In this document: piece after piece, positions 44,701 through 52,944 of the stretch
Numbering within the stretch: the first letter of the stretch is position 1
How the letters are laid out: each line of letters starts with the position of its first letter
From: Nitrososphaerota archaeon
GTDB lineage: Archaea > Thermoproteota > Nitrososphaeria_A > Caldarchaeales > Wolframiiraptoraceae
Reading direction: 5' to 3'
Length of the DNA: 53,407 bases
Assembly (NCBI GenBank): GCA_021159365.1
Contig: JAGGRY010000011.1
Span: forward strand, 1-53,407
The notes under the pieces: generated by a model
What the model saw: only the letters and a program-made list of their open reading frames with translations
The model's database searches: none
Told to the model about the DNA's origin: nothing
Program-made: the position numbers and the translations under genes

Positions 44701-44756
44701 GATAAGGTGGGGGAAAGCCTAAAAGCTCGGCTTATCCTGTGAGGCTTGAGGATTAG

Positions 44757-45476
44757 ATGGGTAGGAGGATTAGAGCTCAAAGGCTTGGCAGAGGCTCGTC
44801 GACTTTCAAGGCATCCCTTAGACGGAAGTATAAGGTTGGTTATCCAAGCCAGCTCATAATGGGTAAGAAGCTTCTCATGGGAGTCGTTAAGAGCTTGAAT
44901 CATGATCCTGGAAGAGGCACTCCTGTGGCCGAGATAGCTTTAGAGGATGGAACAACCTTCCCAGTAGTAGCCGTTCAGGGAATGTATGTGGGTCAGCTTA
45001 TCCAGATGGGCGAGTACGCTGAGATAAAGCCTGGGAACATCCTACCGCTCTACAAGATCCCTGAGGGAACGAATGTCTCCATGATCGAGCTTAAGCCATC
45101 TGATGGAGGAAAACTCGTTAGATCTCCTGGAACCTATGCGACGGTGATGTCTCAGCTTGGAGATAGGACTGTCTTGGCCCTACCTTCGAAGAAGATGATA
45201 GACTTGAGCTCAAAATGCTTGGCGATGATCGGAATAGTAGCAGGCGGAGGGATGAGGGATAAACCGTTTCTGAAAGCAGGTAAGAAATATCATTGGATGA
45301 CCGCTAAACATAGACCATATCCGAGGACTAGAGGAGTTGCGATGGTCGCAGCCCTACATCCATTTGGAGGAACTAGAAAGAAGATCGGAAAGCCTGAGAC
45401 CGTTTCAAGGAATGCTCCGCCTGGAAGGAAGGTTGGATTAATAGCGGCGAGAAGGACAGGTAAAAAGAAGAAGTAG
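44757..45476 (+). CDS. rpl2: 50S ribosomal protein uL2
   Basis: MGRRIRAQRLGRGSSTF N-terminus and the HPFGGTRKKIGKP motif. Confidence 0.9.
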   Translation: MGRRIRAQRLGRGSSTFKASLRRKYKVGYPSQLIMGKKLLMGVVKSLNHDPGRGTPVAEIALEDGTTFPVVAVQGMYVGQLIQMGEYAEIKPGNILPLYKIPEGTNVSMIELKPSDGGKLVRSPGTYATVMSQLGDRTVLALPSKKMIDLSSKCLAMIGIVAGGGMRDKPFLKAGKKYHWMTAKHRPYPRTRGVAMVAALHPFGGTRKKIGKPETVSRNAPPGRKVGLIAARRTGKKKK

Positions 45477-45542
45477 AATCCATCAGAACTTCTTTGTATG
45501 TCGAAGATCATAGTTTTAGATAAAAGCCGACATTTTTGAAAT

Positions 45543-46709
45543 GTGGTTTTCATGAACTCTCATGAACGAATCCTCGGATACATCCCGTTTCTGCTAACTG
45601 TCTCCTTTCAACTGATCGTACCTATTCTACCCGTATACCTCTATTCCGTTTTAGGTGCTTCCAAACAGGAGGTCGGCGTGATAATTGCCTTGGCGGCGAT
45701 AGCTTCTGCGCTCACGAGGATTCCTTCATCGATCTTTGTTATGAGGGGGAATGCCCTGAAGGTCTTCGTCTTCGGCATAGGACTGAACACGGTCGCCCTT
45801 CTAGGCTATGCTTTGAGCGTGAGCCCTTGGATGCTCGCCTTCTTCAGAATCCTCCACGGCGCATCCTTCGCATTGAACTACACGTTGATGCTATCTTTCG
45901 CGAGCTTATTCGTTCGACCTGATAGGGCGTATAAATCGATCACGAACTATACGGCTTCCCTCGCCATGGGTCTATGGGTCGGTCCGGCGATCGGAGTATT
46001 CTTGAGCTCATTCCTAGACCTTAGGATGCTCATGCTTTCCGCGACCCTGATAAGTTTGGCTCCCGTGTTTCTTGGAAGCGTATTCCTGAAGAGCCGGCCG
46101 AGTTTTTGGGAAGACATATACTATTCGAAGATGCAGGTTGACGTCTTCAAGGCTCTTTTGAAGAAGCCCCTGCTCCTTCCAACGGCTCTTTACCTCTTTT
46201 ACTCGATAGTCGTGGGCGCGTTGCTGGCCTATGCCCCGCTCAAGGCGAAGATCAGCTTCGGGATCTCCGATCAGTTGATAATCTTCATATTCACGGGATA
46301 TTATTTCATAACGTTCCTCCTGAGAACCATCCTATCGAGGGCAACGTTACAGATGGGAAACACCAAGTTACTCCGCCTCGCCATGGCCTCATGCGCGCTC
46401 GGCGTTTTCGTCGCGGGACTCGCCCCGACCCTCTGGTTATTCGTCATGGGTACCTACCTAGTGGCAATAGCGCATGGATTGACTTTCCCCTTAACCGCGA
46501 TGATAACGGCTCACGTGGTTCCGCCGAACTTCAGGATAATCGGGAACTCGATCTACCTAACCTCTTGGGATATCGGGAGCATCTTCGGCCCAATCGTAGT
46601 CGCTTCAATCCTCTATGTCGCCCCCCTCCCAATAGCGCTCGCATTCACCTCGGTCTTCGCCGGGATAGCCCTGCTCTTAACCGGGAAAATAGCCCAAGTG
46701 ATAGGATGA
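45543..46709 (+). CDS. Major facilitator superfamily transporter
   Basis: About 12 predicted TM helices and an MFS-like loop (ALTRIPSSIFVMRG). Start is GTG 45543 or ATG 45552. Confidence 0.65.
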   Translation: MVFMNSHERILGYIPFLLTVSFQLIVPILPVYLYSVLGASKQEVGVIIALAAIASALTRIPSSIFVMRGNALKVFVFGIGLNTVALLGYALSVSPWMLAFFRILHGASFALNYTLMLSFASLFVRPDRAYKSITNYTASLAMGLWVGPAIGVFLSSFLDLRMLMLSATLISLAPVFLGSVFLKSRPSFWEDIYYSKMQVDVFKALLKKPLLLPTALYLFYSIVVGALLAYAPLKAKISFGISDQLIIFIFTGYYFITFLLRTILSRATLQMGNTKLLRLAMASCALGVFVAGLAPTLWLFVMGTYLVAIAHGLTFPLTAMITAHVVPPNFRIIGNSIYLTSWDIGSIFGPIVVASILYVAPLPIALAFTSVFAGIALLLTGKIAQVIG

Positions 46710-46814
46710 ATTTCTGGAGCTTGGATCGCGAGGGATTTGAGGCTCTTGACGGCGTGGAGGGAGGTCTGCTAGAAAGAAGAGGTAAATCCTTTAGATATTC
46801 TTCTCGACATCTTC

Positions 46815-47297
46815 TTGTTGGAGATGGAGTCGATAAACGAGAGATATATGATGCTTGCCGACAAACTAGTTAAACACTTACTCAAATTCTTTGGAGATAG
46901 GCTCGTCTCAGTCATCGTATATGGATCTGTCGGCAGGGGCGAAGCATCCGAAGAATCGGATATAGATTTGCTTGTAGTGGTTAGAGATCTCCCCAAGAGT
47001 AGGTTCGAAAGGCAGAGGATTTTCTCAAGGATCGAGGAAGAGATTGGGAGAGATTCTGCTAAGTTCTCCCCGATTCTGAAAACTCCTGAAGAAGCTTCGC
47101 GAATAACCCCATTATATCTCGATCTCGTAGAAGATTCCATAATCCTTTACGATAGAGATGATTTCATGAAGAAAGTTCTGGATAGGTTGAGGAGGAGGCT
47201 TGAAGAGCTCGGAGCGAGGAGGATTTGGAGAGGGAAATCATGGTATTGGATACTTAAACCTGATCTAAAGTTTGGGGAGGTGTTCGAGATTGAATAA
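46815..47297 (+). CDS. Nucleotidyltransferase-domain protein (MNT-type, paired with HEPN)
   Basis: YGSVGRGEASEESDIDLLVV (GS-x9-13-DxD pol-beta NTase motif). Confidence 0.7.
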   Translation: MLEMESINERYMMLADKLVKHLLKFFGDRLVSVIVYGSVGRGEASEESDIDLLVVVRDLPKSRFERQRIFSRIEEEIGRDSAKFSPILKTPEEASRITPLYLDLVEDSIILYDRDDFMKKVLDRLRRRLEELGARRIWRGKSWYWILKPDLKFGEVFEIE

Positions 47298-47733
47298 CCT
47301 AGAACTCGCCGAGCAATATATTAGACAGGCTCAAGTGAGGATAAAGTACTCATCTAAAGCCCTCGAGGATGGAGAATATCCTTATGTGATTAGACAAGCT
47401 CAAGAATCTGTTGAATTAGCATTAAAGGGAGTTTTGAGGCTGATAGGGGCCGAGCCTCCGAAATGGCATGACGTTGGCCCAATTCTAAAGGATCTCAAGG
47501 AAAAGTTTCCAGAGTGGTTTAGATCGATGATAGACGATTTCGCGAGCATCTCAAGAGAACTTAGGAGGGAACGGGAGCCGGCGATGTATGGCGATGAAGA
47601 AACCGCAACTCCTCCATACAAGCTATATTCGAGAAGTGATGCTGAACGAGCTGTGAGAAACGCGAAACGAGTTGTTGAAGGCTGCAGGAAGCTTCTAGAG
47701 GAGTGGAAGAAAGCTGGCAACGACGAGAGTTAA
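47272..47733 (+). CDS. HEPN domain protein
   Basis: YIRQAQVRIKYSSKALEDGEYPYVIRQAQESVELALKGVL...PPKWHDVG is typical of the HEPN helical bundle. Start is TTG 47272 or TTG 47290, overlapping the NTase 3' end. Confidence 0.6.
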   Translation: MGRCSRLNNLELAEQYIRQAQVRIKYSSKALEDGEYPYVIRQAQESVELALKGVLRLIGAEPPKWHDVGPILKDLKEKFPEWFRSMIDDFASISRELRREREPAMYGDEETATPPYKLYSRSDAERAVRNAKRVVEGCRKLLEEWKKAGNDES

Positions 47734-47777
47734 TAGGTTAAATCTTTAGAGATCGAGTAATCTTTAGGTGGCCTGGA

Positions 47778-48740
47778 TTGAGGAGGATCGCGATAGTTAC
47801 GAGCGGTGGGGATGCTCCTGGAATGAACGCCGCGATAAGAGCTTTGACCAGACTCGCAATCTCAAATGGACTGAAAGTTTTAGGATTCATTAGGGGTTGG
47901 GAGGGAATTCTCGAAAATAATTACGTGGAGCTTGATTCGAGGACTGTCGGCGGAATCCTACATCTCGGTGGAACGATCTTGAAGACCACTAGATGTAAGG
48001 AGTTTAGGACTGAAGATGGATTGAGGAAGGCTGCTGAGAACTTGATGGAAGACGATGTTGATGGATTGATCGTTATCGGCGGAGACGGATCCGCGAGAGG
48101 TGCGAGAGAATTATCCAAATACACGGACTCGAAGATAATCGTTCTACCCGCCTCGATAGATAATGACCTCTATGGAACTGATGAGAGCATAGGCTTCGAC
48201 ACGGCGGTGAACACGGCCTTAGCCGAGATCAATAAGATAAGGGATACCGCGATCTCCTATGAGAGAACATTTCTCGTCGAGGTCATGGGCAGGAGGCGGG
48301 GATTCCTCGCTCTTGAAGTCGGGTTAACCGCCGGAGCCGAGATAATACTAGTCCCAGAAGTTGAATATGATAAGGAGAAGATCTACGAGATCCTGGAGAG
48401 GAACGCCGCTAAGGGTAAGAGATCGAGCATAATAGTCGTGGCCGAGGGAGTTGGCGATACTTGGAAGCTTGCTGAAGATATTAGGAAGAATGTTGAGACT
48501 GAGGTTAGGGTCAGTGTTCTCGGATATGTTCAGAGAGGTGGAAGCCCGACTGCGAGAAGCAGATTACTAGCAGCCCTATTCTCCCAAAAGGCCATAGAAC
48601 TACTCTTAGATGGGGTTGGAGGTAGAGTCGTTGGAATACAGGGTAATGAGATAACTTCCATAAGCCTCGATGAAGCCTGTGAAAGGGTTAAGCCGTTAAA
48701 CATCAATCTCCTTAAGTTAGCTGAAAAGCTAGCGATCTGA
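47778..48740 (+). CDS. pfkA: 6-phosphofructokinase, PFK-A family
   Basis: IAIVTSGGDAPGMNAAIRA, VIGGDGSARGA, PASIDNDLYGTDESIGFDTA and MGRRRG motifs; TTG start. Confidence 0.85.
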   Translation: MRRIAIVTSGGDAPGMNAAIRALTRLAISNGLKVLGFIRGWEGILENNYVELDSRTVGGILHLGGTILKTTRCKEFRTEDGLRKAAENLMEDDVDGLIVIGGDGSARGARELSKYTDSKIIVLPASIDNDLYGTDESIGFDTAVNTALAEINKIRDTAISYERTFLVEVMGRRRGFLALEVGLTAGAEIILVPEVEYDKEKIYEILERNAAKGKRSSIIVVAEGVGDTWKLAEDIRKNVETEVRVSVLGYVQRGGSPTARSRLLAALFSQKAIELLLDGVGGRVVGIQGNEITSISLDEACERVKPLNINLLKLAEKLAI

Positions 48741-48830
48741 AAATCGGGGCTAGTAAACGCCATTTTGCGCACAGATATGGGATGGGCTTCAGCGAGTTAC
48801 GACCTTCGAGTAGATATTAGGCGGGTAACC

Positions 48831-48839
48831 CTTATAAAT
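48831..48839 (+). promoter_or_regulatory. TATA-like box upstream of rps19
   Basis: CTTATAAAT lies 22-30 nt upstream of GTG 48861, suggesting a very short leader or none. Confidence 0.4.
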
Positions 48840-48860
48840 TGAGGAGATTAAGCATCTTCC

Positions 48861-49271
48861 GTGCCAAGGGAATTCACCTACAGGGGATACACGCTCGACC
48901 AACTCCTAGAGATGAGTATGGACCAGTTCATCAAGTTACTTCCAAGTAGGCAGAGGAGAAGTCTTGAAAGAGGATTGAATCACGTCCAGCTGAGATTGCT
49001 GGAGAAGGTTAGGGAGGCCAGAGAATTGCTTAAGCGTGGTGAGAAGCCTAAGAAGCCGATAAAGACCCATGCCAGAGACATGGTCATCTTACCTGAGATG
49101 GTTGGATTGACGATTCACGTCTATAATGGCAAGGAATTCGTTCCAGTGGAGATCAAGCCTGAGATGATAGGACATAGGCTCGGAGAATTCGCTATAACGA
49201 ATAAGCCTGTGAAACATGGAAGAGCGGGAGTCGGGGCCACCCGCAGCTCAATGTATGTTCCTCTCAAGTAA
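48861..49271 (+). CDS. rps19: 30S ribosomal protein uS19
   Basis: [41 protein letters not shown] is typical of S19; GTG start. Confidence 0.9.
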   Translation: MPREFTYRGYTLDQLLEMSMDQFIKLLPSRQRRSLERGLNHVQLRLLEKVREARELLKRGEKPKKPIKTHARDMVILPEMVGLTIHVYNGKEFVPVEIKPEMIGHRLGEFAITNKPVKHGRAGVGATRSSMYVPLK

Positions 49272-49324
49272 ATTCTTCCCTCCTTACAGTTATTTTCATT
49301 TTCTAGGAGCGTAGCCGTAAATCT

Positions 49325-49347
49325 TAAAATATTACAGTAATATTTTA
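49325..49347. promoter_or_regulatory. Perfect 10-bp inverted repeat TAAAATATTA-N3-TAATATTTTA immediately upstream of the RHH gene
   Basis: Read directly. It ends 7 nt before ATG 49355. It is AT-rich, so it may double as a TATA box. Confidence 0.4.
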
Positions 49348-49354
49348 CTATCGT

Positions 49355-49765
49355 ATGAAGGTAAGAAAGAGCTTCACGATCGACGAGGGGCTCCTTAAGG
49401 AGCTTTCAGAGTTCAGGTGGAGAAATAGGATTAATAGTTTGAGTGAAGCGCTTGAGCAGGTCTTGAGGCTCGGCTTAAACTCTCTTAAGACTATGCAGGA
49501 GGTCGAGGAGGACGAAGAAGTCTTGGAGCAGAGGAGAATCAATAACGAGACTTATGTTAGAATCGAGAGAGAGTTGAACCAATACAGAGGGAAATACATC
49601 ATAATAGCCCTCGGCAAGCTGATCGGGATTGCAGATAACTTCGAGGAGGCGGTGGAAATCTTGAGAAGAGAGGCGCCGGAAGCTAAACATGCTATAATTA
49701 AGAAGGTTGGCAGAGAAGAGGTGATTGAAAGGGAATGGCCGGGATTGTTAGAAAGGTTAAAGTAA
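49355..49765 (+). CDS. Ribbon-helix-helix-like N-terminal domain protein with uncharacterised C-terminal domain
   Basis: KSFTIDEGLLKELSEFRWRNRINSLSEALEQVLRLGL fits a beta-strand/helix/helix RHH pattern. The C-terminal part (YRGKYIIIALGKLIGIADNFEEAVEILRREAP) resembles small archaeal domains seen next to retropepsin-like genes; that is recollection, not verified. Confidence 0.5.
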   Translation: MKVRKSFTIDEGLLKELSEFRWRNRINSLSEALEQVLRLGLNSLKTMQEVEEDEEVLEQRRINNETYVRIERELNQYRGKYIIIALGKLIGIADNFEEAVEILRREAPEAKHAIIKKVGREEVIEREWPGLLERLK

Positions 49766-50166
49766 TCAATTGTTGGAGATACCTAGAAGATAAGCCGCCG
49801 ATCCCATCAATCAGAATTAAGGTGCATGGAGTTAAAGGGAGTCTGGAATCAATCTTCAGATTAGATACGGGTTACCCTGGGCAGCTTCTCATCTCAACAG
49901 ATCTCTACGAAAGATTGGAGCTTTACTTAGCAGAGCTACCCGAGAAAGAGTTTGGAGTATATAGGACGGCTTCGGGATTAGTTGAAATGAAGAGAAGCCG
50001 AGCATTAATCACAATCCCCGGCCTAGGGATCGATATGGAGGCAATAGTAGAAACTCCCCGACGTATTCTCTTCAAAAGAAACCTAGTTGGTAGAGAATTA
50101 ATCAATAAGCTCAAACTACTGCTGGATGGCGCAAAAGGAGAGGACTGCGTCATCGAGTATGAATAA
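49735..50166 (+). CDS. Retropepsin-like (clan AA) aspartic protease domain protein
   Basis: Catalytic D-T-G in IFRLDTGYPGQLLIS; 143 aa. It overlaps the upstream RHH gene by 31 nt. Confidence 0.55.
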   Translation: MAGIVRKVKVINCWRYLEDKPPIPSIRIKVHGVKGSLESIFRLDTGYPGQLLISTDLYERLELYLAELPEKEFGVYRTASGLVEMKRSRALITIPGLGIDMEAIVETPRRILFKRNLVGRELINKLKLLLDGAKGEDCVIEYE

Positions 50167-50319
50167 TAATGGATATCACATCCACCTTTTCATAATTCTA
50201 AGATTCCTATAAGAAATGTGTTGAAATGGGGTTTTGTGTGAGTTTTGATTTGAAACCACTTCAGAAAAAGGGCTTTAGCGAAGGCGGCCGTTGTGTAGCT
50301 TGAACTTGCTTATCATATT

Positions 50320-51006
50320 TCAAAATTCTCTCTTTAAAAGTGTGATGAGTTCTCGGATGTCCTCGATTACGAATCCTCTTTCATGAAGTATTTCTGGCTT
50401 GCTTCTTCGACTTATCAAGACTGCGTGTAGACCTGCATTTAGAGCTCCTTGAAAATCTTCAAAAAATGAGTCCCCGACGTGAACCGCTTCACTGGGATTC
50501 ATTCCAAACTCTGAGAGAGGTTTTAGGAAGATCTCCTTCATCGGCTTATACGCTTCAACCTCATCTGAATAATATTGCCTACCGATGTATTCGGCTAATC
50601 CAAATCTCTCTAGAATGAGCCTCGTATAGGATGATGGCCAGAACATTACGTTTCCAATTATTATCGACTTCAATCCATTCTCCTCGACGAACCTCAAGAC
50701 CTGATCCGCACCCCCTATAACTATCGATTCATCTATCTTCAATGTGGCCTTTGCAGCCGCTCTCTTAATCACATCGATCTCCGTGTTAAGTTTCTCGGCT
50801 AAAAGTTCTTGACTCGACTCAAAGTCTTTTCCAGGCTTTAGCTCGAATTTCCTTCTAAGCTCTTTTATGCGTTCCCTCACTTCCATGACGCCTATTGATG
50901 CATCCTCTCCAATAAGCTCGTTTAAAGAATTGATGAACGATGTTATCATGAGATCTAGATTGAGGAGCGTTCCCCACACGTCGAATGAGATCAACTTGAT
51001 CTTCAA
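50320..51006 (-). CDS. HAD superfamily hydrolase
   Basis: Motif I ISFDVWGTLL (variant DxD), VHVGDSFFEDFQGALNAG (motif IV region). Confidence 0.75.
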   Translation of the reverse strand: MKIKLISFDVWGTLLNLDLMITSFINSLNELIGEDASIGVMEVRERIKELRRKFELKPGKDFESSQELLAEKLNTEIDVIKRAAAKATLKIDESIVIGGADQVLRFVEENGLKSIIIGNVMFWPSSYTRLILERFGLAEYIGRQYYSDEVEAYKPMKEIFLKPLSEFGMNPSEAVHVGDSFFEDFQGALNAGLHAVLISRRSKPEILHERGFVIEDIRELITLLKREF

Positions 51007-51038
51007 GGCTCATCGCCTCCACATATTCAGAATGTTGA

Positions 51039-51866
51039 TCAAAGATGATAATATGATCTAGGTATAAGCTTCTTCCAAATCTCCTTTAAGGCCTCAACTT
51101 CTTCAGCGATCTTCGGATCCTTGATCTCCTCCGATCTCAACTCATTTGATTTCAGGATAAATGAGAGTAGATCTGAGTCCACGATCTCCGCTAAAATTCT
51201 CGTATTTGGGATTAGGCAATGACCTCCGATAACATCTGGATAATAGAGAGGTCTATCTCCTAGAACTTCATGAACTTCTTGAATGAACTCTGCGATGACC
51301 TTGATATCCGCGCCGAGATCTTTAGAGATTCTATGGATCTCCTGCCAACAAGCTATCATGGCGGCTCTATAAATCGTCTCCCACAGCTTCGCAAGCTCAA
51401 GAGATTCCGGATCTTTCGCCACCTTAACCTTGAATCCAGCTTCCTCTAAGTGCCTCTTCGCGAGCTCTGTTCCGGCTTGATTAACCGCCGATATCCATTT
51501 CGTCCAGAATCTTAGATGTTCCTTGAGATTCGGATGTTTTCCTCTCACGGGAGAGTATGCGATCATTGAATTGGTCTTTGATTGGATTAGCCGAGTCGTT
51601 CTAGGTGGAATCGAGGAATGAATTATCACAAGTCTTGGATTAAATGATCTGATGTAATTGATCGTTGAGTCGATGAATTCTCCACCGGTATATGGGTAGG
51701 CTATATGCATGATCTCGATAGGCTTGGGAATCGCTTTAAGCTCATGGATCGTCTTAGACCTATCTGAATCATATCCATACACGTCTGTGAATTTTTCCGA
51801 AAGGATCTCATAAAGCGGTCTCCCAACTTCTCCTAATCCGATTATGAGAATTCTCTCAGAGATCAA
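51039..51866 (-). CDS. NAD(P)-binding Rossmann-fold dehydrogenase, distantly UDP-glucose/GDP-mannose dehydrogenase-like
   Basis: The N-terminal ILIIGLGEVGRPL dinucleotide fold and GGHCLIPN resemble the GG.C..KD active-site Cys region. This is a low-certainty family call. Confidence 0.45.
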   Translation of the reverse strand: MISERILIIGLGEVGRPLYEILSEKFTDVYGYDSDRSKTIHELKAIPKPIEIMHIAYPYTGGEFIDSTINYIRSFNPRLVIIHSSIPPRTTRLIQSKTNSMIAYSPVRGKHPNLKEHLRFWTKWISAVNQAGTELAKRHLEEAGFKVKVAKDPESLELAKLWETIYRAAMIACWQEIHRISKDLGADIKVIAEFIQEVHEVLGDRPLYYPDVIGGHCLIPNTRILAEIVDSDLLSFILKSNELRSEEIKDPKIAEEVEALKEIWKKLIPRSYYHL

Positions 51867-51921
51867 TTCAACGACCTTTAATGAGTTTCATATTTAAATT
51901 TTAATAGGTTACTTGAGGATC

Positions 51922-52350
51922 TCAGATTTTAAAATTCTTGAGATGTTTCGTTATTTTCAAGTCTTGTGTTTTTGTCAGTAATTTTTCATCAGCTGTGTAT
52001 AGATCCACCCCCTCGATCAGCGCTAAGGCTACATAAGATGCATCGTAGATCGTTATACCCTTCCTCATCGCTATCTCGACCGCTTTCTCGGCGTAAGCGC
52101 CTTCTAGTTCATAGAGGGTGAATTGATAATCTTCGAGTATGCGGGCTACTTTCTTTAATTCATCTTCTCCGAATGCTCCCGAATACTTTAAGGCGTTAAG
52201 CACCTCGAAGTATAGGAGCGAGGGCACGACTATGTCTACTAGTCCCTCGATGAAGGAATCTCTTATTATCAACGCCTCTTTGCTATACTTCTCCTCAACG
52301 AACCACTTAACGACCACTGAGGCGTCGACTGCTATCTTGCCTCTCTCCAA
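51922..52350 (-). CDS. vapC: PIN-domain ribonuclease toxin VapC
   Basis: IAVDASVVVKWF, LLYFEVLNAL, IYDASYVALA and LYTADEKL carry the four acidic PIN positions. Confidence 0.8.
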   Translation of the reverse strand: MERGKIAVDASVVVKWFVEEKYSKEALIIRDSFIEGLVDIVVPSLLYFEVLNALKYSGAFGEDELKKVARILEDYQFTLYELEGAYAEKAVEIAMRKGITIYDASYVALALIEGVDLYTADEKLLTKTQDLKITKHLKNFKI

Positions 52351-52580
52351 CGCCGTATCTCCTCCACGCTACTCCAGCCGGGAACTTCTCTACGTAGCTG
52401 ATCTGTACGTAGTGCGGCGGCCTTCATCCTAACCCGATCCTTATTCCTAAGCTTAGACTCTTCACGCCTGATTGTGTCTTCTATCGCCTTCCTAACGACT
52501 TCACTCCAGTTAATGTGCCGAAGCTTTTCCATCTTCTCTTTGAGTTCTCTCCTCACTCGGAAGCTGATCACCTCGCTCAT
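52332..52580 (-). CDS. vapB: VapB-type antitoxin (RHH-like)
   Basis: MSEVISFRVRRELKEKMEKLRHINWSEVVRKAIEDTI is an RHH-like pattern. It overlaps vapC by 19 nt. The start is taken at ATG 52580. Confidence 0.6.
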   Translation of the reverse strand: MSEVISFRVRRELKEKMEKLRHINWSEVVRKAIEDTIRREESKLRNKDRVRMKAAALRTDQLRREVPGWSSVEEIRRWREAR

Positions 52581-52584
52581 CTCG

Positions 52585-52622
52585 GTAATAAATGTAAACA
52601 ATTATCGTAATAAATGTTTACA
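52585..52622. promoter_or_regulatory. Tandem 16-bp units GTAATAAATGTAAACA / GTAATAAATGTTTACA between the divergent antitoxin genes
   Basis: An 11-bp direct repeat GTAATAAATGT is found at 52585 and 52607, a 22-bp period. The unit tails TGTAAACA and TGTTTACA are reverse complements of each other. Confidence 0.4.
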
Positions 52623-52657
52623 ACTCCTACCGCCAATCCTAAATCAAAGCAATAATC

Positions 52658-52942
52658 GTGCGAGCCTTTGAAGATCATCCTCAGCGTTTTTCAAGGCTGT
52701 TAAGGAGGACTTGCAAGAGATTGTGGAGAAGCATCTCCGTCGACAAGAAGCTTTGGGAGAGGTTTAGATCCAAGATCGGAGATGAGAGAGGCTTGAAAAA
52801 GCTTAGCGAGAATCTGATTATCGAGGCTCTCGAAAGGCTGTTAAGTCCCGAGAAGCTTCCCCTAACTATAACTCCCGTCGAGCCTAAAGCCAGGACAAAT
52901 GCTGGAAAGACTGTTAGAGAACTAAGGGAGAGGATGCTATAG
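52658..52942 (+). CDS. Putative RHH-type antitoxin of the second VapBC pair
   Basis: ISVDKKLWERFRSKI...LSENLIIEALERLL is an RHH pattern. Start is uncertain (GTG 52658 or TTG 52721). The gene ends 2 nt before the PIN gene. Confidence 0.5.
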   Translation: MRAFEDHPQRFSRLLRRTCKRLWRSISVDKKLWERFRSKIGDERGLKKLSENLIIEALERLLSPEKLPLTITPVEPKARTNAGKTVRELRERML

Positions 52943-52944
52943 TT

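Noticed and set aside
46391-46873. 160-aa plus-strand ORF overlapping the MFS 3' end out of frame
   Set aside because: It is an Arg/Pro/Gly-rich alternative frame of the transporter gene. The in-frame MFS reading gives continuous TM helices.
46769-47140. 123-aa minus-strand ORF opposite the nucleotidyltransferase gene
   Set aside because: It is a shadow of the NTase ORF, which carries the GS...DxD motif. Its composition is Ser/Leu-rich.
50250-50325. Weak C/D-like arrangement on the minus strand just after the HAD gene stop (AUGAUAA ... CUGA)
   Set aside because: The C box is imperfect, there are no internal C' or D' boxes, and the element starts immediately at a stop codon. It is far weaker than the 28577-28634 candidate.
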